A stretch of DNA of 64,000 bases, from the NCBI GenBank assembly GCA_022821685.1, contig JAJEDD010000034.1:25811-89810 (forward strand). The letters run 5' to 3'. The stretch's first letter is position 1. Each line of letters opens with the position of its first letter. The DNA comes from Acidimicrobiia bacterium. Its GTDB lineage: Bacteria; Actinomycetota; Acidimicrobiia; Acidimicrobiales; Aldehydirespiratoraceae. Positions 54,298 to 62,875 of the stretch are shown piece after piece. A program made the translations under genes and the position numbers. The notes beneath the pieces are model-generated. The model ran no database searches. It saw only the letters and a program-made list of their open reading frames with translations, and was not told the DNA's origin.

Positions 54298-54573
54298 TCA
54301 CCTGCGGGAGCCCTTCTGCAAGTGCTCCTTGATCGGTCGCCACCAGGCCTCCGCCTGCGCCATCTCCTCGGGCGTCGGCTCGCCGACTTCCTCAATCAGC
54401 TCAGCAACGTACTTCTCGTGCTCCCTGTGGAGCCTCTGCCTCTCGGCATCGGAGATGTGGATGCCCTCGGGAACGTAGTCGTCCCACTCGGAGAAGTCGT
54501 CGGAGAGGTCACCGTCGGCATCGGCACCAACCGCGGTCCTGCCGTCGCGCTCAGAGTTGCTGTGATCCAGCAT
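54298..54573 (-). CDS. small acidic hypothetical protein (91 aa)
   Basis: DADGDLSDDFSEWDDYVPEG...EEVGEPTPEEMAQAEAWW. Same strand as, and upstream of, the RHH/doc pair. No family recognised. Confidence 0.4.
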   Translation of the reverse strand: MLDHSNSERDGRTAVGADADGDLSDDFSEWDDYVPEGIHISDAERQRLHREHEKYVAELIEEVGEPTPEEMAQAEAWWRPIKEHLQKGSRR

Positions 54574-54745
54574 GGGCGTAGATATATCAGATCATCATGA
54601 GGGCAACAACCTTTCGGTTGATGCGTCGACGGCAACGGCCTCAGTCTGCGGCTGTCGCGCTGGCGCTGAGTGACGCGATGTCACAAGTCCGTGGCATTGT
54701 GTGCGCCGTGCATGTCGCTGCTCACACCACCCGGAGGCCGCGACC

Positions 54746-57700
54746 ATGGTGATGGCCAACACTGAGCGGGTTGCCAAGGCGTTGGATCTGCTGCGGGACG
54801 GGCTCGGTCCGGCGTGTGAGGCGACTTGGCGGGGGTCCTACGGCGACGGCTGGCTGCAGCAGGTCAACTCGCGGCTGCATCATCCCGACCGTGAGCCCTC
54901 TACCGGGGATGCTGCGTTTCTGTTCAAGGGGATCAAGGCCACCTGGAACGAGGTGTTCAGCCACGGGTTCGGGCCGTCGGTGCGGTCTCTGGTGTTCGAG
55001 GTGTCCGATGTGCGCAACCGGTGGGCGCACCAGCAGTCCCTGACCAGCGACGACACTGTGCGGGCTCTCGACTCGATGGAGCGGGTGCTGGAGGCTTTCG
55101 GCAACAGCGATCAGCGCGACCAGATCCGGGGCCTGCGCCGGGATCTGATGCGCCAGATGTTTGACGAGGAGTCCCGCAGTGAGCGTCGCCGCACCGCCGC
55201 CAAGCCGACCGAGGGGACGCCCCACGCTGGGCTCACCCCCTGGCGGGAGATCATCGCGCCTCACGCGGATGTGGCTGCGGGGCGCTTCGAGCAGGCCGAG
55301 TATGCAGCGGACCTTGCACAGGTCGCCGACGGCCGCGCCGAGGCCGAGTACCAGGATCCGCAGTCGTTCTACGCCCGCACCTACATCACCCAAGGTCTGC
55401 GCGACCTGCTGGCCGGCGCGGCCCGGCGGCTGTCGGGCTCGGGCGGCGACCCGGTGATCGAGTTGCAGACCAACTTCGGCGGGGGCAAGACCCACTCGCT
55501 GATCGCGCTCTACCACCTGGCATCCGGGGCGGACGCGGCCAAGCTGCCCGGGCTGGCGGAGATCCTTGCCGAGGAGGGCCTGACGCTGCCGGCGAAGGTG
55601 AACCGGGCCGTGCTGGTCGGTCAGAGCATCTCGGCGTCATCACCCGTGCCTGTCACCGATGGCATCCGGCTGTACACGCTGTGGGGCCGGCTCGCCTACC
55701 AACTCGGCGGACGCGACGGCTACGACATGGTCCGGGCCGATGATCTTGCCGGCACCAGCCCGGGCGCCGCGCTCACTGCGCTGTTCGAGCGGTTCGGCCC
55801 GGCGGTGGTGCTCATCGACGAGTGGGTCGCGTACGCGCGCCAACTGAGAGACGGCGACGAGGGCGGTCCCAAGGGCGAGCGTCTCGCCGGGGGGGACTTC
55901 GACACCCAGTTCACCTTCGCCCAGGCCCTGACCGAGGCCGCGGCGGCGGTGCCCGATGTGGTGGCGCTGATCTCGATTCCTGCATCTGATGTGGAGGTGG
56001 GCGGACCGCGGGGGCGGACCGCGTTGGAGAAGTTGAAGAACGTCGTGGCCCGCATTGGAGCCCAGTGGCAGCCGGCGTCGCCGGACGAGTCCTTCGAGAT
56101 CGTGCGCCGCCGTCTGTTCGACCCCGTGCCCGCCGACAAGGCCAGAGTTCGCGACGGGGTGATCCGGGCGTTCTGTGACATGTACCGCGACCAGGCCGAC
56201 AGATTCCCGGCCGGAGTCAGCGAGGGCGAGTACCGCCGCCGCATGGAGCTGTGCTATCCGATCCACCCCGAGCTGTTCGATCGGCTCTTTGACGACTGGT
56301 CCGCGCTCGACAAATTCCAGCGAACCCGGGGCGTGCTGCGGCTCATGGCGCTGGCCATCTCGCAGCTTTGGCAGCGCGACGACCGATCGCTGCTGATCAT
56401 GCCGGGCAACCTGCCCATGGACTACGGGCTGCTGGTCAGCGAGATGAAGAAGTACCTCGAGGACGGCTGGGACCCCGTCATCAAAGCCGACGTGGACGGA
56501 GCCAACTCGCTGCCGCTGCGCATAGACGGCAACAACAGCCACTTCGGGCGGCTGTCGGCCACCCGCCGTGCGGCCCGGGCGGTTTACATGGGTTCGGCGC
56601 CCCGGCCCGACGGCAGAAGGGGAGTGGACCTCAAGTCGGTGGTGCTGGGCTGTGCGCAGCCCGGCGAGTCCCCCGGCCAGTTCGCCGACGCGCTGCGGCG
56701 CCTGTCGGGCGAGGCCACCCACCTCTATGTCGACGGCGCCCAGTACTGGTACTCGCTGATCCCCAACGTCACCCGCATCGCCGCCGACCGGGCCGGCTCC
56801 AACTACGACGACCGCGACGCCGACGACGAGGTGCGGCGCCGGATCGGCAACCAGCGCGACCGGGGCGCCTTTGCGGCGGTGCAGGTGTTCGCGGAGGGCC
56901 CAGGCGATGTGCCCGACAACGACGACGGTGTGCGGCTGGTGATCCTTGAGCCCGACGCCACCCACTCGCCAAACGACGACAACTCCCCGGCAGTGGAGCT
57001 CGCGGCGCGGATCCTGGCTCAGCGCGACGCCGGCCCGCGGGTCAACCCGAACCTGGTGGTGTTCCTGGCGGGGGCGGCCAACCGCCTAGCCGAGCTGCGG
57101 GCCGCGGCCCGCATGTACCTGGCCTGGAAGTCCATCGTGGGCGACCAGTCGATGAACCTCACCGCCCACCAGCAGCGCCAAGCCGACAGCAAGCTGGCCG
57201 AGACCTCCAAACAGGTAGACAGCCTCATCGCCGAGACGTTCACTCTGGCTCTCACGCCCTCGAAACAGCCGGGCCAGCGCGACATCGAATGGCAGACCAC
57301 CCGAGTGACCGCAGTCGGCGACCTGACCCAGCGAACCAGCGACAAGCTCAGCAGCGAGGAGAAGCTCATCAGCACCTACAGCGGAGTGCGCATCCGCATG
57401 GACCTCGACCGCCGCGAGCTCTGGTCGGAGCGCGGCGACATCGCCGTCCACAAGCTGTGGGAGACCTACGCCCGGTTCGGATACATGCCCCGCCTTGCCG
57501 GCCGCGACGTGCTGTACGGCGCCATCGCGAATCGGGCCTCGACAATCACCTGGCAGGAGGACACCTTCGCCTACGCCGAAGCCCACGACGGTGAACGATG
57601 GGTGGGCCTGCACACCGACGACGCCATCCCGCCCGCACCCAGCGGACTGCTGATCCACCCCGACCATGTTCCGCAGCCCGACGAACAACCGGAGCCCGGA

Positions 57701-58000
57701 AGGAGAGAACCACCAAATGACCCCGGCGACACTGACGGCCTCACCGACCCGCCGGTTGACCCACCCGAGCCGGCGCCGAGCCTGCCCACCCAGTTCTACG
57801 CGCAGTTCAACCTCGACCCGGTGCGCTGTATCAAGCAACTCGGCGAGATCGCCGATCACGTCAGCAGCAAGCTCGGCTCCGACGTGGAACTGGTGCTGGA
57901 GATTCGAGCCAACAGCGAGGCAGGCTTCGACGAGTCCACTCGCCGAACCGTCTCAGAGAACGCCCGCAGCCTCGGAGCCCAATCCTCCGAGTTCGAGTAG
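54746..58000 (+). CDS. Swt1-like HEPN + P-loop ATPase (DUF499-like); ATPase component of the defence triad
   Basis: ATG 54746 preceded by GGAGG. HEPN: FEVSDVRNRWAHQQSL (Rx4H, ~55010). Walker A: NFGGGKTHSLIALYHL (~55466). Walker B: VVLIDEWVAY. Confidence 0.8.
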   Translation: MVMANTERVAKALDLLRDGLGPACEATWRGSYGDGWLQQVNSRLHHPDREPSTGDAAFLFKGIKATWNEVFSHGFGPSVRSLVFEVSDVRNRWAHQQSLTSDDTVRALDSMERVLEAFGNSDQRDQIRGLRRDLMRQMFDEESRSERRRTAAKPTEGTPHAGLTPWREIIAPHADVAAGRFEQAEYAADLAQVADGRAEAEYQDPQSFYARTYITQGLRDLLAGAARRLSGSGGDPVIELQTNFGGGKTHSLIALYHLASGADAAKLPGLAEILAEEGLTLPAKVNRAVLVGQSISASSPVPVTDGIRLYTLWGRLAYQLGGRDGYDMVRADDLAGTSPGAALTALFERFGPAVVLIDEWVAYARQLRDGDEGGPKGERLAGGDFDTQFTFAQALTEAAAAVPDVVALISIPASDVEVGGPRGRTALEKLKNVVARIGAQWQPASPDESFEIVRRRLFDPVPADKARVRDGVIRAFCDMYRDQADRFPAGVSEGEYRRRMELCYPIHPELFDRLFDDWSALDKFQRTRGVLRLMALAISQLWQRDDRSLLIMPGNLPMDYGLLVSEMKKYLEDGWDPVIKADVDGANSLPLRIDGNNSHFGRLSATRRAARAVYMGSAPRPDGRRGVDLKSVVLGCAQPGESPGQFADALRRLSGEATHLYVDGAQYWYSLIPNVTRIAADRAGSNYDDRDADDEVRRRIGNQRDRGAFAAVQVFAEGPGDVPDNDDGVRLVILEPDATHSPNDDNSPAVELAARILAQRDAGPRVNPNLVVFLAGAANRLAELRAAARMYLAWKSIVGDQSMNLTAHQQRQADSKLAETSKQVDSLIAETFTLALTPSKQPGQRDIEWQTTRVTAVGDLTQRTSDKLSSEEKLISTYSGVRIRMDLDRRELWSERGDIAVHKLWETYARFGYMPRLAGRDVLYGAIANRASTITWQEDTFAYAEAHDGERWVGLHTDDAIPPAPSGLLIHPDHVPQPDEQPEPGRREPPNDPGDTDGLTDPPVDPPEPAPSLPTQFYAQFNLDPVRCIKQLGEIADHVSSKLGSDVELVLEIRANSEAGFDESTRRTVSENARSLGAQSSEFE

Positions 58001-58027
58001 GCAGCCGCCGGTCCGCTGAAGGCTGCC
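58000..58027. terminator. weak hairpin between convergent genes
   Basis: ggcagcc-14 nt-ggctgcc, directly after the stop at 58000. Confidence 0.25.
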
Positions 58028-58063
58028 AAGAGCCGTTTGGTCACGGGCTGTGGCTGTCGACGA

Positions 58064-60456
58064 TCATGGGCTGCGCCTCCGGTGGTTCAGGGCCTGCCAG
58101 ACCCTCGCCGGGCTCACGGAGCTGTTGACAATCTCGGCTTCGGGTCCGAGGGCGTCGGCCACCGCGTTGGCCACTGCCCCCAGCGCGCCGACGATCCCGG
58201 CCTCCCCGCCGCCTTTGATGCCGAGAGGGTTGTCGCTGCAGCCGTACTCGAGGATGGTCACCTCCACGTTGGGCAGCTCGGCCGCGGTGGGCAGCGTGTA
58301 GTCGGCGAAGCTGGTGGTGAGGGGCTGCCCGTTGGAGTCGTAGGCGATCTCCTCGAGGAGCGCCCCGCCGATGCCCTGGGCGGCGGCGCCGGCCAACTGG
58401 CCGGTGAGCAGCCGCGGGTTGACGGCCCGGCCCACGTCGTGGGCCAGCGCGAAGCGCTCGACCCGGACCCCGCCGTCGGCGGGGTTCACCGCCACACGGC
58501 ACACTGCGCCCCCGAAGGAGGCCGTCATCTGAGCCTTCTCGAAGCGTCCCCGCACCGCGCCGATGTCGGTCAGGCTCACCGCTCGGCCCCCGTCGGCGGT
58601 CGCCGCCCCGTCGCGCAGCACGATCTGGTCGGGATCGCAGGCCAATCTCTGCGCTGCGGTGGCCCGGATCTGTTCGACCGCGTCGGCGATGGCGTTGCCG
58701 ACCAGCACGGTGGAGCGGCTGGCGAAGGCGCCGAAACCGGCCGGGATCTCGGCCGTGTCGTGGAACTCCACCGCCACCGCGTCGAGCGGCAGGCCGAGCA
58801 TCTCGGCCGCGATCTGCGCAAGGGCGGTCTCCACTCCCTGGCCCACCGATCCCACCGCGCAGCGCACCGCCGCGCCGCGGCTCTGCGGCACCAGATCGAC
58901 CTCCTCGAACGGCCCGGTCGAGCCGAACTCGACGTAGGCGGCAATGCCAATCCCGGCCCGCTCGTCTGTTGGCCCGGTCTTGCCGTTGCCGGTCTGCTCG
59001 TCTGTTGGCCCGGTCTTGCCGTTGCCGGTCTGCTTGTCGTCGTCGCGGTCTTGCCGTCGTTGCCGACTTTCTCGTCACCCGGTGCGGGCTTGTCGTTGCT
59101 GGCCTGCTTGTCGCCCGCTGCGGCGTCTCGCAGCTCGTGGTATTGCGCCGCGGCGAGCAACTCATCGAAGGCCCGGATGAAATCGCCGCTCCGGTAGGTG
59201 ATGGGCAGCACCTCGCTAGAGCCGGGACCGGGCGTGAAGCAGAACGGCAGGGCATCTTTGGGGATCAGGTTGCGGCGCCTCAGATCGGCGGGATCGATGC
59301 CGAGCTCCGCGGCCGCGACGTCGATCATGCGCTCGCGCACGAAGGTCGCCTCGGTCATGCCCGGACCCCGGTAGGTGCCGACCGGAGTGCGGTTGGTCAG
59401 CACCGCGTCGACGTCCATGCTGAACGCCTCCCAGCGGTAGGGGCCCGGCAGGTGCAGCATGGGCAGGATGGCGGGCAGCAGGCCCTGGGTTCGCACGTAG
59501 GCGCCGTGGTCGCAGCGGCCTCTTACCCGAAAGCCCAGCAGCCGGCCGTCGGCGGAGGCGGCCAGCTCGACGTCGTGCTGTTGCTCGCGGGCATGGTTGG
59601 TGGCCACCATGTGCTCCCGGCGGCTTTCACACCAGCCCACCGGCCGCTCGAGTCGCAGCGCCAGCAGCGCCACCAGCACGTCCTCGGGGTACGGCTCGCC
59701 CCTCGTGCCGAACCCGCCGCCCACCTCCACCTCGACCACCCGCACCCGGTCGGGGTCCAGTCCGGTGACCTGGCTGAGCAGGTTGCGGGTGAAGTGCTTG
59801 ACCTTGGCCCCGCCCCAGACAGTGAGCACGCCGCCGGATGGGTCGTAGTCGGCGATGAGGCCGCGGGTCTCCAGCGGGGCGGCGGCCTGCCGGTGGACGC
59901 GCAGCCGGCGGCGCACCACCACGTCCGCTGAGTCGAAGACGGCGTCGGCGTCGCCGTAGCGGTAGGCCAGTTGCTTGATGGTGTTGTTGGCGCAGGCCTC
60001 GTGAACCAGCGGCGACGACGCCAGCGCCGCCGCGGCCAGGTCGGCCACCGGCTCGAGCACCTCCAAGTCGACCGCCACCAGCTCGGCGGCGTCGCTGGCT
60101 GCGTAGGGGTCGGTGGCCACCACCACCGCCACCGGCTCGCCTGCGTAGCGCACCACGCCGTCGGCCAGCGGCGGCTGCAGGGCCAGGTTGGCCTCGGGCG
60201 ACTCCGCGAACGGCAGCCGGATCGGTATCCGGATGTCGTCGATGTCGTCGGCGGTGATGACGGTCACCACTCCGGGCGCTCGCAGGGCCTCGGCACAGTC
60301 GATGCCGACGATTCGGCCCCGGGCCGCCGAGCTTCGCACCACCTGGGCGTGCAGCTGGCCGTCGAGGCGGATGTCGCCCACGTAGGGCGCGCTCCCGGTC
60401 AGCAGGTCGAGGTTCTTCCGCCTGACGGGCGAACTGCCGATAAGACCGTTGCTCAT
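58064..60456 (-). pseudogene. xanthine-dehydrogenase-family large subunit (paralog 3), split by a frameshift inside a coding tandem-repeat insertion
   Basis: The N-terminal ORF 58576..60456 (…GTYRGPGMTE…YRSGDFIRAFDELL) and the C-terminal ORF 58064..58891 (…GSVGQGVETALAQI…GIKGGGEAGIVGA) are collinear with paralog 2 but lie in different frames. The C frame is open upstream to ~59080. The frames switch near 59040..59050, in (gtc)3. Confidence 0.75.
58960..59103 (-). repeat. 36-bp (12-codon) tandem repeat array inside the large-subunit gene
   Basis: Two identical units gctcgtctgttggcccggtcttgccgttgccggtct at 58960..58995 and 58996..59031, plus two diverged units up to ~59103. The coding-strand units read (K/E)QTGNGKTGPTDE / KVGNDGKTA..DDD / ASNDKPAPGDE. 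Confidence 0.85.
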
Positions 60457-60507
60457 CTCGGCGGGCGCCGGCCACGCAGGGCGATCAGGCCGGTCCCCGG
60501 AGCCATC

Positions 60508-60679
60508 ACGCCGCGGCGGTCGAGGCGAGTTCTCGCAGCTTTCTCGTAGTTGTCGTCCAGCATCGGCGACTCCGGCATTGCGCCGCGGCGGTTGCAGCGA
60601 GTTCTCGCAGCTTTCTCGTTGTTGTCGTCCAGCATCGGCGACTCCGGCATTACGCCGCGGTGGATGCGAGTTCTCGCAG
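60508..60679 (-). repeat. 72-bp tandem repeat (2 full copies plus the parental partial copy at the Rieske gene end)
   Basis: 60508..60579 and 60580..60651 differ at about 5 positions. 60652..60679 is the genuine 3' end of the Rieske gene. Each unit contains the palindrome GCGAGttCTCGC. Confidence 0.85.
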
Positions 60680-61642
60680 GAGCTTGCGGTAGATGATCGA
60701 TCCGGAGTCGGCCAGCTTCAGGTGCAGCTCCTCGCGGGGGTCGAGGGGCAGCTCGGCCGGGTCTTGGGCCTCGACCACGATGCGGTCCTGCTCCATCACC
60801 TCGTGGAACCCGGCCCCGAAGTCGGCGTCGGGGGTGTCGAAGGAGTGGTTGCGCGACAGCCACGAGAAGATCAGGGTCTCGGCCCGGTCGGTCGGCGAGG
60901 CGATGAACGTGATGGTGGTGATGTCGCCGGCCTTCGACTCGCCCTGCTCGGACCAGGTCACGCCCCCGGCGGCCGACACCACCGACTTGCGGTCGTGCAG
61001 CGTGAACGGCAGGTGCAGCGTGTAGTCGCGCAGCAGCACGCTGTCGTCGTAGGCGTAGGTCATGCCGCTGTCGGTGACCTCCACGTCGAAGGGCTTGATG
61101 AACGCCCCGTCGGCCAGCTCGGTGAAGCCCTCGTGCACGAAGTTGAAGTGGGCGAAGTCGATGGCGTTCTCCAGCATCCGCCCCGCCGAGGACTGCCAGC
61201 GCCACGTCCCCACCAAAAAGACGCGCCAGTCGTCGCTGGCCCAGTCGTCGTCGGGCCACGGCGGCAGGTCGGCGACCGGCTCGTCGGGCGCGATCCACAC
61301 CGCGCCGTGGTCGTCGCGCACCCGGTAGCGCTCGACCTTGGCCTGGCTGGGGATGGCTCCGCCGGATCCCAGCGCGGGGATGAACGCCACCTTGCCGCTG
61401 CGGTCGTACTGCCAGCCGTGGTAGGGGCACATCAGCCGGCCGTCGCGGATGCATCCGCCCGACAGGGCCACGCCGCGGTGCACGCACTTGTCGCGCAGCG
61501 CCACCAGACCCTCGGCATCGCGGTACACCACGATGGTCTCGCCCAGCAGCCGCACCTGCTTCGGCTCCGCCGTGATCTCCTCCGATGTCGCCACCGGATG
61601 CCAGTAGCGCCTCAGCGCCCGGTCGAATTGCTGTGCCCGCAT
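60650..61642 (-). CDS. Rieske (2Fe-2S) aromatic-ring-hydroxylating oxygenase, alpha-subunit type
   Basis: RRYWHPVATSEEI, CVHRGVAL...CPYHGWQY (Rieske CxH...CxxH), and a catalytic-domain NAIDFAHFNFVH. Confidence 0.85.
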   Translation of the reverse strand: MRAQQFDRALRRYWHPVATSEEITAEPKQVRLLGETIVVYRDAEGLVALRDKCVHRGVALSGGCIRDGRLMCPYHGWQYDRSGKVAFIPALGSGGAIPSQAKVERYRVRDDHGAVWIAPDEPVADLPPWPDDDWASDDWRVFLVGTWRWQSSAGRMLENAIDFAHFNFVHEGFTELADGAFIKPFDVEVTDSGMTYAYDDSVLLRDYTLHLPFTLHDRKSVVSAAGGVTWSEQGESKAGDITTITFIASPTDRAETLIFSWLSRNHSFDTPDADFGAGFHEVMEQDRIVVEAQDPAELPLDPREELHLKLADSGSIIYRKLLRELASTAA

Positions 61643-61671
61643 CGCAGTCCCCCGTATAGGCGACGCCTACC

Positions 61672-61761
61672 TTAGGGGCCACGCGGATAGGTGAGGAGGC
61701 TTCACGTCGAAGGGGGGTATCTCCCGCTCTTGTTCGCTGCGCTCACGGGCCGCTCGGCCTC
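61672..61761 (+). mobile_element. MITE-like repeat, copy F (internal ~50-bp deletion)
   Basis: ttaggggccacgcggataggtgaggaggcttcacgtcgaaggggggtatctcccgctcttgttcgctgcgctcacgggccgctcggcctc. Its 3' end overlaps the stop codon of 61760..62875, and its 5' end lies 30 nt from the Rieske ATG. Confidence 0.6.
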
Positions 61762-62875
61762 AGGGCGTCTTCGACATGTCGACGATGGCGGCCACCATGC
61801 CGCCGCCGGCCGGACCCTGCTGGAGGGCGGCCACCGAGCAGTACACGGCCGGATCGCCGATGGCGGCGGCCGCCACCGCCCCCACCGCCCCCTTGGTGTG
61901 GTGGGTGTGGTGGATGTCGGAGTCGTTGATCGACACCAGCCGGCGGCCCCGCAGCCGCCCCGACGGGTCGGTCTCGCATTTGATGAAGCAGTTCACCACC
62001 GCATCGCCCAGATCGCGGGGGTGGGGACGGTCGGGCAGGTCGAGGCCGGCCGAGCGGATGGCGTCGTAGATGCCGTCGAAGTCGAGGGCATCGCGCATCA
62101 CCGAGTGGCCGATGCGGAAGTCGCCGCCCGCGCCGGCTCTGTTGCCGACCACCACGATCTGGCCCGCATCCTGCTCCACCCCCGACGAGCACGACGCCAC
62201 CGACGAGTAGAGGTCGAGGTCGCTGGCGATCTGATCCTCGCGGGGCAGGTCGAACTCGCCGACCGCGTACCCGATGCCCAGCGCGGCGGTGGCATTGGAC
62301 ACCGCCATCGACTCCATGGTGTCGGTCAGGGCCACCGTCTTGCCCCGGCTGCGGGCGTCCTCGATGCGCTCGCGGGTCAGCAGCGGGGTCTTGGACTGCA
62401 CGAAGTGGACGTCGGCCGGGTCGGTGATGCCGGCGTTGGCCATGGCGACCCGCACCCCGTCGGCCACCTTCTCCACCATGGGAAGCCGGCCGATCTCCTC
62501 GGGCCGGATCGGCTCGGACATGGTCGCGCCCACCGCCAGCCGCTTCTCGCCGCCGGAATCAGCGCTGCCGCCGTCGCCGCCGACCCGGGCGAAGACGTTC
62601 ATGTGGGGGGCGATCACGCCGTCGGTGCCGCCGGACCACACGATCGGCATCTGGTCGATCTCGGCCGGCGACCGGGTGCCGTGGGTGTTGAGGAAGTCGC
62701 GGAACACCCGGTCGGCCAGGATCCGCGAGAAGTCGTTGACCCCGCCGTTGCCCTCCGTCTTGCCGATCACGCCGATGATCTCATCGGCGGTGAACGAGCC
62801 GCCCTCGATCTCGGCCAGCAGCCCGCCCATGTCGGTGACGAACTCGAAGGGGATCTTGCGAACAACTATGGGCAT
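61760..62875 (-). CDS. ring-opening amidohydrolase (AtzD/TrzD cyanuric-acid amidohydrolase / barbiturase family)
   Basis: ADEIIGVIGKTEGNGGVNDFSR, VWSGGTDGVIAPHMNVFAR. The three-repeat architecture and length (371 aa) fit the family. Confidence 0.8.
   Translation of the reverse strand: MPIVVRKIPFEFVTDMGGLLAEIEGGSFTADEIIGVIGKTEGNGGVNDFSRILADRVFRDFLNTHGTRSPAEIDQMPIVWSGGTDGVIAPHMNVFARVGGDGGSADSGGEKRLAVGATMSEPIRPEEIGRLPMVEKVADGVRVAMANAGITDPADVHFVQSKTPLLTRERIEDARSRGKTVALTDTMESMAVSNATAALGIGYAVGEFDLPREDQIASDLDLYSSVASCSSGVEQDAGQIVVVGNRAGAGGDFRIGHSVMRDALDFDGIYDAIRSAGLDLPDRPHPRDLGDAVVNCFIKCETDPSGRLRGRRLVSINDSDIHHTHHTKGAVGAVAAAAIGDPAVYCSVAALQQGPAGGGMVAAIVDMSKTP

Noticed and set aside
58041-59255. A 404-aa minus-strand ORF and a 386-aa plus-strand ORF (58037..59197) over the 3' half of large-subunit paralog 3.
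   Set aside because: They are alternative frames of a gene whose correct frames are identified by collinearity with paralog 2. Their products are Arg/Pro/Gly-rich.
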